From positions 15,371 to 79,370 of the forward strand of contig JBDNCJ010000004.1 of assembly GCA_046719715.1 (NCBI GenBank): a stretch of DNA of 64,000 bases, given 5' to 3'. The position numbers and the translations under genes are program-made. Shown here one piece after another: positions 30,783 to 39,437 of this stretch (within the stretch, counting starts at the first letter, position 1; each line of letters starts with the position of its first letter). Origin of the DNA: Chloroherpetonaceae bacterium. Its GTDB lineage: Bacteria; Bacteroidota; Chlorobiia; Chlorobiales; Thermochlorobacteraceae. Under the pieces are notes generated by a model, which was not told where the DNA came from, searched no databases, and was given only the letters and a program-made list of their open reading frames with translations.

Positions 30783-30968
30783 TTGAACTTTTTTCAAAAA
30801 AACAAAAAGCGAGAAGTGAGTTGCGACCTCAATTCCCGCTATGAATCAGCGTTCAACGCAAGAACGCTTTCCAGCGGAACTTATTTTTATAGACTGCAAG
30901 CAAGCGCGACGAATGGCGCGTCAAGTTCAAGTTTTGTGGAGACAAAGAAGATGATGCTGGTGAAGTAA
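30783..30968 (+). pseudogene. Orphaned fragment of a T9SS (Por) C-terminal sorting domain
   Basis: ...REVSCDLNSRYESAFNARTLSSGTYFYRLQASATNGASSSSFVETKKMMLVK* matches the last two-thirds of a typical T9SS CTD (..GREV......Y.v.fna..L.sGvYFYRLqag.f.eTKKm.LlK). The first part of the domain is missing, it is out of frame with the upstream ORF, and a terminator follows. Confidence 0.6.
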
Positions 30969-31002
30969 TGAATAATGAGCAGTGAGGAATGAGCAGTGAA
31001 GA

Positions 31003-31047
31003 ATGAGTAACGGAGCATTTATCGCGCTTCGTTACTCATTTTTTATT
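31003..31047 (+). terminator. Intrinsic terminator after CTD fragment
   Basis: aatgagtaacg (31003-31013) pairs with cgttactcatt (31030-31040), followed by tttttat. Confidence 0.7.
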
Positions 31048-31073
31048 GATTCCCGTTTCGCCCATCACCAATC

Positions 31074-31190
31074 TGTTCCCTTTCCTTTTGAGAGAGGGTC
31101 AGGGTGAGGTCTTGTCCCCTCTCCTTGTAGGAAAGCGTCAGGGTGAGGTCTTGTCCCCTCTCCTTGTAGGAGAGGGTTAGGGTGAGGTCA
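31074..31190. repeat. Three tandem copies (about 39 bp) of dispersed repeat family 2
   Basis: gtcccctctccttgtaggaaagcgtcagggtgaggtctt repeated with small variation. Each copy has an internal hairpin (cctctcc..ggagagg) plus TCAGGGTGAGGTC. Confidence 0.85.
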
Positions 31191-31280
31191 TAGAACGGGT
31201 ATTCACGGATATTCCTTCGTCAATCCGTTCAATCTCCGTTCTCTTGAAGTTCCTTCTCCTTTCAGCAGAGTGTCAAGGTC

Positions 31281-32870
31281 TTAATGCTTGAAGTGGCGCG
31301 TGCCGGTGAAGACCATCGCAATGCCGCGTTCATCGGCGGCTTTGATAACCTCTTCGTCGCGGATGGAGCCGCCGGGCTGAATGACCGCAGTCGCACCAGC
31401 TTCGGCGGCGGCAATAAGCCCATCAGCAAACGGGAAAAAGGCGTCGCTGGCGACAGCACTGCCCGCAAGGTCTAACTTGGCTTCGCCCGCCTTCCAACGC
31501 GCAATACGCGACGAATCAACGCGCGACATTTGTCCCGCTCCGACCCCAACCGTCCGCAATTCTTTTGCATACACAATCGCATTGGATTTGACGTGTTTCG
31601 CCACGCGCCATGCGAAGAGCATATCGTTCAGTTCCGCTTCGGTGGGTTTGCGTTGGGTTACGATTCGCAGTTCATTGTCTTTGACCATGGCGACGTCGCG
31701 CTCTTGCACGAGCACGCCGCACGTGGTTCCGCGCACGTCCAAGCCGTCTCGCTTTGTAGATTTTTTTTGGAGAATCAATCGACGGTCTTTCTTTTTCATC
31801 AGGTAATCCAGCACACCGTCTTCGAATTCGGGAGCGATGATGATTTCGGTGAAAATTTCGTTCATCGCTTCGGCGGCTTTCATGTCGATGGGTTGATTGA
31901 CGGCGATAATGCCGCCGAATGGGGCTTGGGTGTCGGTTTCAAACGCGCGTCGGTAGGCGTCGTAAAGCGTATCAGCTTGCGCCACGCCGCACGGATTGGT
32001 ATGCTTGACAATCACGACCGTCGGCTTTTCGCGACCGAATTCATCGCACAGCGAGACTGCCGCCGTCAGGTCGAGAATGTTGTTGTAGGAAAGGTCTTTG
32101 CCGTGCAGTTTGTCGAAATACTCGCCGAAAGAGACCGTTCCGTGTTCCGAATGAAGCGCGTAGAAGGCGGCTTTTTGGTGAGGATTTTCGCCGTAGCGCA
32201 TGTCGATTTCCTTTGTGAGCGAGAGCGCGTAGGTCGCCGTAAGCCCTTCTTCACTTTTTGCTTTTCCGCTCATTTCTTTATCGAGATGTTCGGCAATCAT
32301 GGCGTCGTAGCGGCTGGTGAGCGCGAAGACTTTTTGCGCAAGCACGGCGCGCGTTTTGAGCGTGGTTCTGCCTTTATGGGCTTTCATTTCATCGAGCACG
32401 CATTGGTAATCGCCTGCATCGGTTACGACCGTTACGGATTCATAATTTTTCGCCGCACTGCGAAGCATCGACGGTCCGCCGATGTCGATGTTCTCAATCG
32501 CTTCTTCAAGCGTAACGCCTTTTTTCCGAATCGTTTGCTCAAAAGGATAAAGATTCACCACGACCAAATCAATGTAGTCGATTTTATTTTCTTTGACTTC
32601 CTTTCTGTGCGTTTTGAGCGTGCGGCGAGCGAGTAACGCGCCATGAATTTTCGGGTGAAGCGTTTTGACGCGCCCATCAAGGATTTCAGGGAACTTGGTG
32701 ATTTTTGAAATTGACTTCGCCTTTACGCCTGAATCAATCAGTGCTTTGAGCGTGCCGCCCGTTGAAAAAATTTCCACTTTCATTTTCTCCAATGCTTTGG
32801 CAAACTCTACGATGCCTGTTTTATCGGAGACGGAAATGAGGGCGCGTTTGATTTTCGGATTTTCCAACAT
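31281..32870 (-). CDS. purH: Bifunctional AICAR transformylase / IMP cyclohydrolase
   Basis: 529 aa. [20 protein letters not shown]-like N-terminus and C-terminal ...[10 protein letters not shown]. Confidence 0.93.
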   Translation of the reverse strand: MLENPKIKRALISVSDKTGIVEFAKALEKMKVEIFSTGGTLKALIDSGVKAKSISKITKFPEILDGRVKTLHPKIHGALLARRTLKTHRKEVKENKIDYIDLVVVNLYPFEQTIRKKGVTLEEAIENIDIGGPSMLRSAAKNYESVTVVTDAGDYQCVLDEMKAHKGRTTLKTRAVLAQKVFALTSRYDAMIAEHLDKEMSGKAKSEEGLTATYALSLTKEIDMRYGENPHQKAAFYALHSEHGTVSFGEYFDKLHGKDLSYNNILDLTAAVSLCDEFGREKPTVVIVKHTNPCGVAQADTLYDAYRRAFETDTQAPFGGIIAVNQPIDMKAAEAMNEIFTEIIIAPEFEDGVLDYLMKKKDRRLILQKKSTKRDGLDVRGTTCGVLVQERDVAMVKDNELRIVTQRKPTEAELNDMLFAWRVAKHVKSNAIVYAKELRTVGVGAGQMSRVDSSRIARWKAGEAKLDLAGSAVASDAFFPFADGLIAAAEAGATAVIQPGGSIRDEEVIKAADERGIAMVFTGTRHFKH

Positions 32871-32955
32871 TGGTGAGCCGTTATGGTTTAGGTTTGAATT
32901 GCAAAGTTATGACGTTCTTTGTAAGTAACGAGACAAAATTAACATCGTTTTGTAT

Positions 32956-33134
32956 GTCATTCTGAACGACGTGTAGCGAAGTGAAGAATCGAAGTGGATT
33001 CCTCGCTTCGCTCGGAATGACACTGGGGTTTAGTTAATAGTTAAGAATTAAAACTGTAAGTGCACAACTTTCATCTCTTCACTTTTAACTCTTCATTCTC
33101 ACCTGTCTGGCTTCTTCGCTTCGCTCGGACGGAC
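32956..33134. repeat. Family-1 dispersed repeats (inverted pair plus extra copy)
   Basis: gtcattctgaacgacgtgtagcgaagtgaagaatc-gaagt-ggattcctcgcttcgctcggaatgac (32956-33021), and ggcttcttcgcttcgctcggacggac (33109-33134). Confidence 0.85.
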
Positions 33135-33183
33135 GTCATGTTCCATACTTAATTGCGTCTTGAGACTTAAAGTTAAATCCGCT

Positions 33184-35643
33184 TCACATCATCGATTGTG
33201 TATCGATGTCGATATCGACTTTGACGACGCTTTGCGGAACGCGCTGGCGGAATTGATACTCGACGCCGCGCACAAGTTGCTTTGTGAGCCGCGCGCCGTG
33301 TTTTTGCTTGATAAGCAGTTGATATCGAAAATTGTGTTTGAGCTTTGCAAGCACCGCAGGCACAGGTCCGAGCGCTTCAAATTGTTCTTTGTTCAAAACG
33401 CCTTCAAGCAACTCGTGAAACACTTTTGCCGCACGAGCGACTTCGGATTCCGATTTTCCTGAAAACTCGATTTTCGTTAAACGCACAAACGGCGGATAGC
33501 CAACCATCTGCCGAATGTTTTTTTCATACTCGAAAAAATGCGCGTAATCGTTTTGCAGAACATATCGGAACACGTCGTTTTGAAGGTTCAAAACTTGCAA
33601 ATACACTTCGCCTTTTTTTTGCGCTCTGCCTGCTCTGCCCGCCACTTGCAAGAGCAAGGCGTAGAGCCGCTCGCCGGCGCGAAAATCTGGAAGCGACAAG
33701 CCGATGTCGGCAAGAATTACGCCGACGAGCGTTACATTTGGGAAGTCTAAACCTTTTGCCACCATTTGCGTTCCGAGCAAGATGCGCGCCTTGCCTTCTT
33801 GAAACTCCCGAAGAAACTTCGCGTGCGCACCTTTTTTGCCCGTCGTATCTAAATCCATTCGCAAAATTTTTTCGTTGGGAAAAAGCCTTTGAAGTTCTTG
33901 CTCGATTTTTTCCGTTCCGCTTGATGCATAGCGCAAGTCTTCCGAACTGCACGTCTTGCATTTTTTCGGCGCGGGTTCAATTCTTCCGCAGTAGTGGCAA
34001 CAGAGATGATTTTCTTTGAGATGAAAGACGAGCGAGACTTGACAAGCAGGACAAGTGTAAATCGTGCCGCAACTGTTGCATTGCACGCTTCCCGCATAGC
34101 CGCGACGATTCTGAAACAAAATCACTTGTTCGTTTTTCTCGATGCGTTTTTGAATTTCAAGGTAGAGCGAGTCGGAAATTGAGGGCGAAATTTTTTTTTC
34201 TTTTGAAAGCCAAATCAGTTTGATGTCAGGCGGGGTTGCGCCGTCGGCGCGATTGGAGAGCGTGAGCAGTTCATACTTGCCCGTCGTCGCGTTGTGATAC
34301 GATTCAATCGACGGCGTTGCTGAGCCCAAAAGGCAAACGGCGTTTTCAAACTTGGCGCGCATGATGGCGACGTCGCGGGCGTTGTAGCGCGGCGAGGCGT
34401 CGTATTGCTTGTAGGTCGATTCGTGCTCTTCATCAACGACGATAAGCCCCACATCTTCAAGCGGCGCGAAAATCGCCGAACGTGCGCCGAGTGCGATTTG
34501 CGCTTTTCCTTGCTTCAAACTTTGCCACGCTTCAAACTTTTCGGAATCGTTCATCGCGCTGTGCAGAACGCGAACCTTATCGCCGAAGTGCGCTCGGAAT
34601 CGCGACGCCGTTTGCGGCGTGAGTGAAATCTCTGGAACAAGCACAATCGCCGTTCTGCCTTGCTCGAGCGTTTGGCGAATGGCTTCGATGTAAATCCACG
34701 TCTTGCCGCTTCCCGTAATGCCGTGCAGAAGAAAGGTTTTGAATGTATTCGCAATTATCGCGCTCTGCACGCTTGCAATGACCTGTCGCTGTTCGTCGGT
34801 GTATTGAATTTGCTTTTGTGCTTCTACAAAACCATCGGCAAACATCGCCGTTGTTTCAACAACTTCGGTTTCTAAAATTCCTTTCTCCACAAGCGATTTC
34901 AGGCTCTTGGGCGTTTCACCGATTTCATCAGCGAAAAAATGTCGGCGGCGCAGTGAGAGAATTTTTTCAAAAAGTTGCCGCTGTTTCGCTGAACGTTTGA
35001 ACAAGGCGAGCCATTCTGTTTGCTTTTCTTGTGAAATTTCTTGTTGGAAAACAAATCGCGTTTTGAGTTTCGGTTTTCCTTTTTGGACGAAGGTTTTTTT
35101 GACTTCAATCAAGCCAATGCGCTCCAATTCCGACAATGCAAGCCGCAAATGCTTTGAACCCACGCGCCGCTCCAACTGCCTCACCGTCATTTTTTTTTCG
35201 CGCGAAAGTGCTTGCATGATGCTGCGCCGAAGTTCCGTCTTGACGATTTTTTCATCAGGCGCAAGCAGTGAAAATTCGCGCAAGAGGACGGTTTCTTTCG
35301 GGCGAATGCGTAGTGCGGCAGGCAACGCGGCAAGAATGGCTTCAATCGGAAAGGCGATGTAATAATCGGCAATCCACTCGGCAAGGCGCATCAATACAGG
35401 CGAAAGCACGGGCTTACCGTCGTCAAAGACATCGAGAATTTCCCCAAGCGTTGATTCACTTCCCCGCTCCGAAATGGATTTCACAAATCCCAATCGCTCT
35501 TTCTTTTTCTCTCCTTTTCCGAAGGCAACCAACACGCGCGAGCCAGCATCAAGCATTTGTGAAAACTCGCTCGGCACAACGTAGGGATAGGCTTTATCGC
35601 TGAACGACTGCTCAACGAGAATGTGTGCAATTTGTATCGCCAT
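33184..35643 (-). CDS. priA: Primosomal protein N' (replication restart helicase PriA)
   Basis: 819 aa. Walker A GITGSGKT, VVDEEHE box, Cys-rich zinc region CNSCGTIYTCPACQVSLVFHLKENHLCCHYCG. Confidence 0.93.
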   Translation of the reverse strand: MAIQIAHILVEQSFSDKAYPYVVPSEFSQMLDAGSRVLVAFGKGEKKKERLGFVKSISERGSESTLGEILDVFDDGKPVLSPVLMRLAEWIADYYIAFPIEAILAALPAALRIRPKETVLLREFSLLAPDEKIVKTELRRSIMQALSREKKMTVRQLERRVGSKHLRLALSELERIGLIEVKKTFVQKGKPKLKTRFVFQQEISQEKQTEWLALFKRSAKQRQLFEKILSLRRRHFFADEIGETPKSLKSLVEKGILETEVVETTAMFADGFVEAQKQIQYTDEQRQVIASVQSAIIANTFKTFLLHGITGSGKTWIYIEAIRQTLEQGRTAIVLVPEISLTPQTASRFRAHFGDKVRVLHSAMNDSEKFEAWQSLKQGKAQIALGARSAIFAPLEDVGLIVVDEEHESTYKQYDASPRYNARDVAIMRAKFENAVCLLGSATPSIESYHNATTGKYELLTLSNRADGATPPDIKLIWLSKEKKISPSISDSLYLEIQKRIEKNEQVILFQNRRGYAGSVQCNSCGTIYTCPACQVSLVFHLKENHLCCHYCGRIEPAPKKCKTCSSEDLRYASSGTEKIEQELQRLFPNEKILRMDLDTTGKKGAHAKFLREFQEGKARILLGTQMVAKGLDFPNVTLVGVILADIGLSLPDFRAGERLYALLLQVAGRAGRAQKKGEVYLQVLNLQNDVFRYVLQNDYAHFFEYEKNIRQMVGYPPFVRLTKIEFSGKSESEVARAAKVFHELLEGVLNKEQFEALGPVPAVLAKLKHNFRYQLLIKQKHGARLTKQLVRGVEYQFRQRVPQSVVKVDIDIDTQSMM

Positions 35644-35714
35644 TGAAATTGGTATTCGAGTAGGAAACGAAGCGATGCGCGCTCTATATGACGAGTTGAA
35701 TCACTGCGCTGATT

Positions 35715-36803
35715 CTATCCACCGACGACGAGGCTCATCATGGTTATATCGTCGCGTTGCGCTTCCTGTTGTTGATGTGCGGAAAGTTCGGACTCCAACT
35801 TCGCTTTCTGCTCATCGGGGCTTACAGATGAAATTGATTTAAGCAGTTCTTTAAATCGTTTTGAGCCGAAACTTTCGCGTTGCGGATTGGCTTGGTCGAT
35901 GTAGCCGTCGGTCGTCAAGTAAAGCACGGCGCGATGCTTGATGGGAATATCGTGCGCGATAAATTTGCGCTCGGCTTCGCGTTGGCGTCCGCCGATGCTG
36001 TATCGGTCGCCTTTGAACTCGCCGAGTTCGCCGTTCTGAACAAGGTAAAGCGGACGCTTCGCGCCTGAAAACACCAGCCGCTCGCGCTCAATTTTTACCA
36101 AACACACGTCCATTCCGTCTTGCAATTCTACCGACGGATTTTCGCTTTGCCGCAGCGCGTCGCGAATGGCTTTATGAAGTTCCTCCAAAATGATGTTCGG
36201 CTCAACGATTTTTTTCTCTATGACAATTTGATTGAGAAGCGCGTTGCCAATCATGCTCATGAACGCGCCCGGAACGCCGTGCCCCGTGCAATCGCAGACG
36301 GCAACGATTTTCGCATCGCCTAAATCATGAAACCAATAGAAATCGCCCGAAACAATATCCTTCGGCTTGTAAATGACAAAATGTTCTGAAAACGATGCCG
36401 CAATTTTTTCGCGTGTTGGTAAGATGGCTTGTTGGATTTTTTGCGCGTAAGCGATGCTCGAGGTGATGTTGGCGTTCAGTTCGGCGAGTTCGACGTTGCG
36501 CAGGCGTTGAATTTCGGCTTCCTTTTTGGTTTGCTCGACTTGGTGAATGATTTGCAGGTTCTTCGTCTTTTTGTCGGATTCTTCATTGAAGACTTGCCGC
36601 TCGATTTCGTGAAATTTCTTGAAGTGGAAATACGCCTTTTCAATATCTCCGATGCGTTCATATTCTTCGGCGAAGGCTTGATGGGCTTGATAGAGCAAAT
36701 CCTTTGCGCCGAGTTCTTCGGCGAGTGCGCGGGCGCGCTCAAAGTAATAAAGCGCCATGTTTTCTTGTTCGGGCGGTTGCGCCGTTGCGGTGGAATCGTT
36801 CAT
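35715..36803 (-). CDS. PP2C/SpoIIE-family serine phosphatase with TPR-end + coiled-coil N-terminal module
   Basis: 362 aa. GDFYWFHDLGD...VCDCTGHGVPGAFMS and LYLTTDGYIDQ motifs. The N-terminal linker is homologous to the linker of the TPR kinases. Confidence 0.88.
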   Translation of the reverse strand: MNDSTATAQPPEQENMALYYFERARALAEELGAKDLLYQAHQAFAEEYERIGDIEKAYFHFKKFHEIERQVFNEESDKKTKNLQIIHQVEQTKKEAEIQRLRNVELAELNANITSSIAYAQKIQQAILPTREKIAASFSEHFVIYKPKDIVSGDFYWFHDLGDAKIVAVCDCTGHGVPGAFMSMIGNALLNQIVIEKKIVEPNIILEELHKAIRDALRQSENPSVELQDGMDVCLVKIERERLVFSGAKRPLYLVQNGELGEFKGDRYSIGGRQREAERKFIAHDIPIKHRAVLYLTTDGYIDQANPQRESFGSKRFKELLKSISSVSPDEQKAKLESELSAHQQQEAQRDDITMMSLVVGG

Positions 36804-36870
36804 ATCGAGTTGAGTTTGCGTTAGAAGTTGAGCCGAATAATTTACTTCAAAAGCATGCGAAAGGAAAACT

Positions 36871-37491
36871 TCAAACGCCGAGCGTTCGGAAGGTGGCGCG
36901 AATGGTTTCCCAATCGAAGCCGCGCCGCATCAGGAATTGCGAGAGTTTTTGTTTGCGCTTTCGTGCGTCGGGTTCTTTCTGCAACGTTTTGAGTTTTCTT
37001 TCGGCGGCTTTCGTGCAGAGTGCTTCGCTGTTGAGGTCGGTTTCGTTCAGCACGTCGTCGATGGTTTCTTTTGCGATGCCTTTTTGAAAGAGTTTGGATT
37101 TGAGGGCGGATTTTCCAATCGGCGTGCGTTTGAGTTTGTCGCGTACGAGTGCGCCAGCGAATTGAGCGTCGTTGAGCAAGTTCATTTCGTAGAGCCGCAC
37201 AATGACTTTTTCAATCGTTTCAGGTGGGAATTTTTTCTTGTGCAATTTATTGCGCACTTCTTTTTCGCTGTGGATTCGGCGGGCGAGCATGGTGAAGGCG
37301 GCGGTTTTGGCTTCGTCATAGATGGCGGCGTCGCGCCATTGGGCGAGTTGCTCCGCCGTAACGTGGTCGCCTTTTTTAAGCCCCAGCGAGGCGAGCGCAT
37401 CGAGCGAAAGTCCGAGCGCAAATTCTCCATCGACAAAAATTGAAGCACGTGCGGCGCGCTTTTTCTGCGGTTCAATTGAGGTAATCGTCAT
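36871..37491 (-). CDS. recX: Regulatory protein RecX
   Basis: MTITSIEPQKKRAARASIFVDGEFALGL..., three-repeat helical RecX pattern. ATG at 37491 overlaps the mrdA stop (ATGA). The track start at 37572 lies inside mrdA. Confidence 0.8.
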   Translation of the reverse strand: MTITSIEPQKKRAARASIFVDGEFALGLSLDALASLGLKKGDHVTAEQLAQWRDAAIYDEAKTAAFTMLARRIHSEKEVRNKLHKKKFPPETIEKVIVRLYEMNLLNDAQFAGALVRDKLKRTPIGKSALKSKLFQKGIAKETIDDVLNETDLNSEALCTKAAERKLKTLQKEPDARKRKQKLSQFLMRRGFDWETIRATFRTLGV

Positions 37492-39293
37492 GGGGCGAGG
37501 GCGGTCGTGGCGTGTTGGGCGGCAACTTGTGGCGCATTTGACGGATATTTTTGGAAGTAGCGTTTGAGCCACTCGCCGGCGATGGGTGCGGCAATCGTTC
37601 CGCCGAAGCCGGCATTTTCAACCAGCACGGCAATCGCGACGGTTGGCTTTTCAAAGGGCGCGAAGCAGATAAACCAAGCGTGGTCTTCGCCGTGCGGATT
37701 TTGTGCCGTTCCCGTTTTGCCGGCGACTTTGACGTCAGGAACGCGCGCTCTCCCGCCCGTTCCATTTTCAACCGCTAAGAGCATTCCGTTTCGAACAAGG
37801 TCGAAGGTGGCTTGTGAAATCGGCAATTTCTCTTGAACGGGCGGGAGTTCTAAAATCGCGCCGCTGTTTTTGTCGCGATACGCGCTGATGAATCTTGGCT
37901 GTAAGAGCGTTCCGCTATTGGCGAGTGTTGCAGCATATCGAACCATTTGAATCGGAGACGCGCCCATTTCTCCTTGACCGATTCCCAAGCTGATGATGTA
38001 ACCCTCCGTCCAGCCGCGCTTGCCGTAGAGTTTGTCGAAGTATTCAGGCGAAGGAATCGTTGCCGTTTGTTCATCAGGAATATCGACACCGGTTTTTTGA
38101 CCAAAGCCGAACATTTTGCCGTATTTGGTCCAGCGTTCAAAGCCAATGCGTCGCACGAGGTTGTAGAAGTAAGAGTTGCACGAGACTTGAATGGCGCGCG
38201 TCATGTCGACGCTTCCGTGTCCGCTTCCGCGATGGCATAAAAAATCTTTGTTGCCGAATTTGAAATGCCCCGTGCAGTAAAACGTCGTTGAAGGCGTAGC
38301 GATGCTATCTTCCAATGCGGCGATGGTGGAAATCATTTTGTAGGTTGAGCCGGGCGGGTATCGTGTCTGAATGGTGCGGTCAAATAAAGGGTTTTTGGGG
38401 TCGTTGATAATCGCTTGCCACGCGCTGGCTTCGGTGAATCCGCCCAGAATGTTGAGGTCGTAATCGGGTTGAGACGTGCAGGCGAGAAGGTCGCCGTTGC
38501 GCACGTCCATCGCGACGAACGCGCCCGATTTTCCGGTTGCGGTCAAAAGGCTTTCGGCGACGCCTTGCAGTTCGGCGTCTATGGTGAGGTATAGGTCGTT
38601 TCCGGTTTGGTAGGGTGCATTTTTCGCACCGCCTTCCCAATCGCCGACGTGTCGCCCCAACGAATTGACGAGCAGATAGCGCGTGCCTTTTGTGCCGCGC
38701 AACACGTCTTCGTAATACTTTTCCAATCCGCGATAGCCGATGATGTCGTCGCGGGCATAAATTTCTTTCGGGACTTTTTCATACATCGCTTTTGAAATCG
38801 CTTTGGCGTAGCCGAAAATATGCGAGCCTCTGACATTGGGAAGGTATTTGCGTTTGGATTCCATTGCAAATCCGACGCCGGGCATGCGCCAAAGATTTTC
38901 TTCCAGCCGAGCCAATTGAAGAGGCGTTAAATCGCGAATGACTTTCGTGGGCGCGAAGCGGTTGTAGGCTCTGCCTTCGGCGATTTTGGCTTCCAACTCC
39001 GACTCCGAAACGCCAAGTAGCTGCGAAAGCAACGGCAGCGATTTTTTATCGAACTCCGACGGCGTGATTTGAAGCGTGTAAAGCGGCTGATTATCCACAA
39101 CGGCGACGCCGTTACGGTCATACATCACACCGCGCGGCGCGTCAATCGGAATTTTGCGAATTGAATTTTGCGAGGAAACTTCTTTCAGGAAGCCTTGCTC
39201 GACGACTTGCAGATAAAATAGACGCGCCAAGAGCGTTGTAAAGACAATCGCCAAGAGCGCATAGACCAACGACGTTGAACGTGTTTCTATCAT
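37488..39293 (-). CDS. mrdA: Penicillin-binding protein 2 (elongation transpeptidase)
   Basis: Start MIETRSTSLVYALLAIVFTTLLARL (TM anchor). Motifs STYK, SCN and KTGTA. The 265 upstream codons of the track ORF are antisense to phzF and were rejected. Confidence 0.9.
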   Translation of the reverse strand: MIETRSTSLVYALLAIVFTTLLARLFYLQVVEQGFLKEVSSQNSIRKIPIDAPRGVMYDRNGVAVVDNQPLYTLQITPSEFDKKSLPLLSQLLGVSESELEAKIAEGRAYNRFAPTKVIRDLTPLQLARLEENLWRMPGVGFAMESKRKYLPNVRGSHIFGYAKAISKAMYEKVPKEIYARDDIIGYRGLEKYYEDVLRGTKGTRYLLVNSLGRHVGDWEGGAKNAPYQTGNDLYLTIDAELQGVAESLLTATGKSGAFVAMDVRNGDLLACTSQPDYDLNILGGFTEASAWQAIINDPKNPLFDRTIQTRYPPGSTYKMISTIAALEDSIATPSTTFYCTGHFKFGNKDFLCHRGSGHGSVDMTRAIQVSCNSYFYNLVRRIGFERWTKYGKMFGFGQKTGVDIPDEQTATIPSPEYFDKLYGKRGWTEGYIISLGIGQGEMGASPIQMVRYAATLANSGTLLQPRFISAYRDKNSGAILELPPVQEKLPISQATFDLVRNGMLLAVENGTGGRARVPDVKVAGKTGTAQNPHGEDHAWFICFAPFEKPTVAIAVLVENAGFGGTIAAPIAGEWLKRYFQKYPSNAPQVAAQHATTALAP

Positions 39294-39335
39294 TTTCAGC
39301 CCTCTTTGCGCGAAATATACAACCTTCGCTCCATT

Positions 39336-39380
39336 GTAGTAACGGTTTGTGTAGTAACGGTTTGTGTAGTAACGGTTTGT
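39336..39380. repeat. Perfect 3 x 15-bp tandem repeat GTAGTAACGGTTTGT
   Basis: Units at 39336-39350, 39351-39365 and 39366-39380 are identical. Located in the mrdA/phzF divergent intergenic region. Confidence 0.95.
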
Positions 39381-39437
39381 GATACGCTTTTTCAAATAAA
39401 CATTCCTAAATTTCGCCCCTAACTGACATTCAAAAAA

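Noticed and set aside
31074-31190. Possible CRISPR array (regular about 39-bp repeats)
   Set aside because: The units are contiguous with no unique spacers, there are only three copies, no cas genes are nearby, and the same unit is dispersed elsewhere (9541).
31530-32636. 368-aa plus-strand ORF
   Set aside because: Entirely antisense to purH. Typical shadow ORF.
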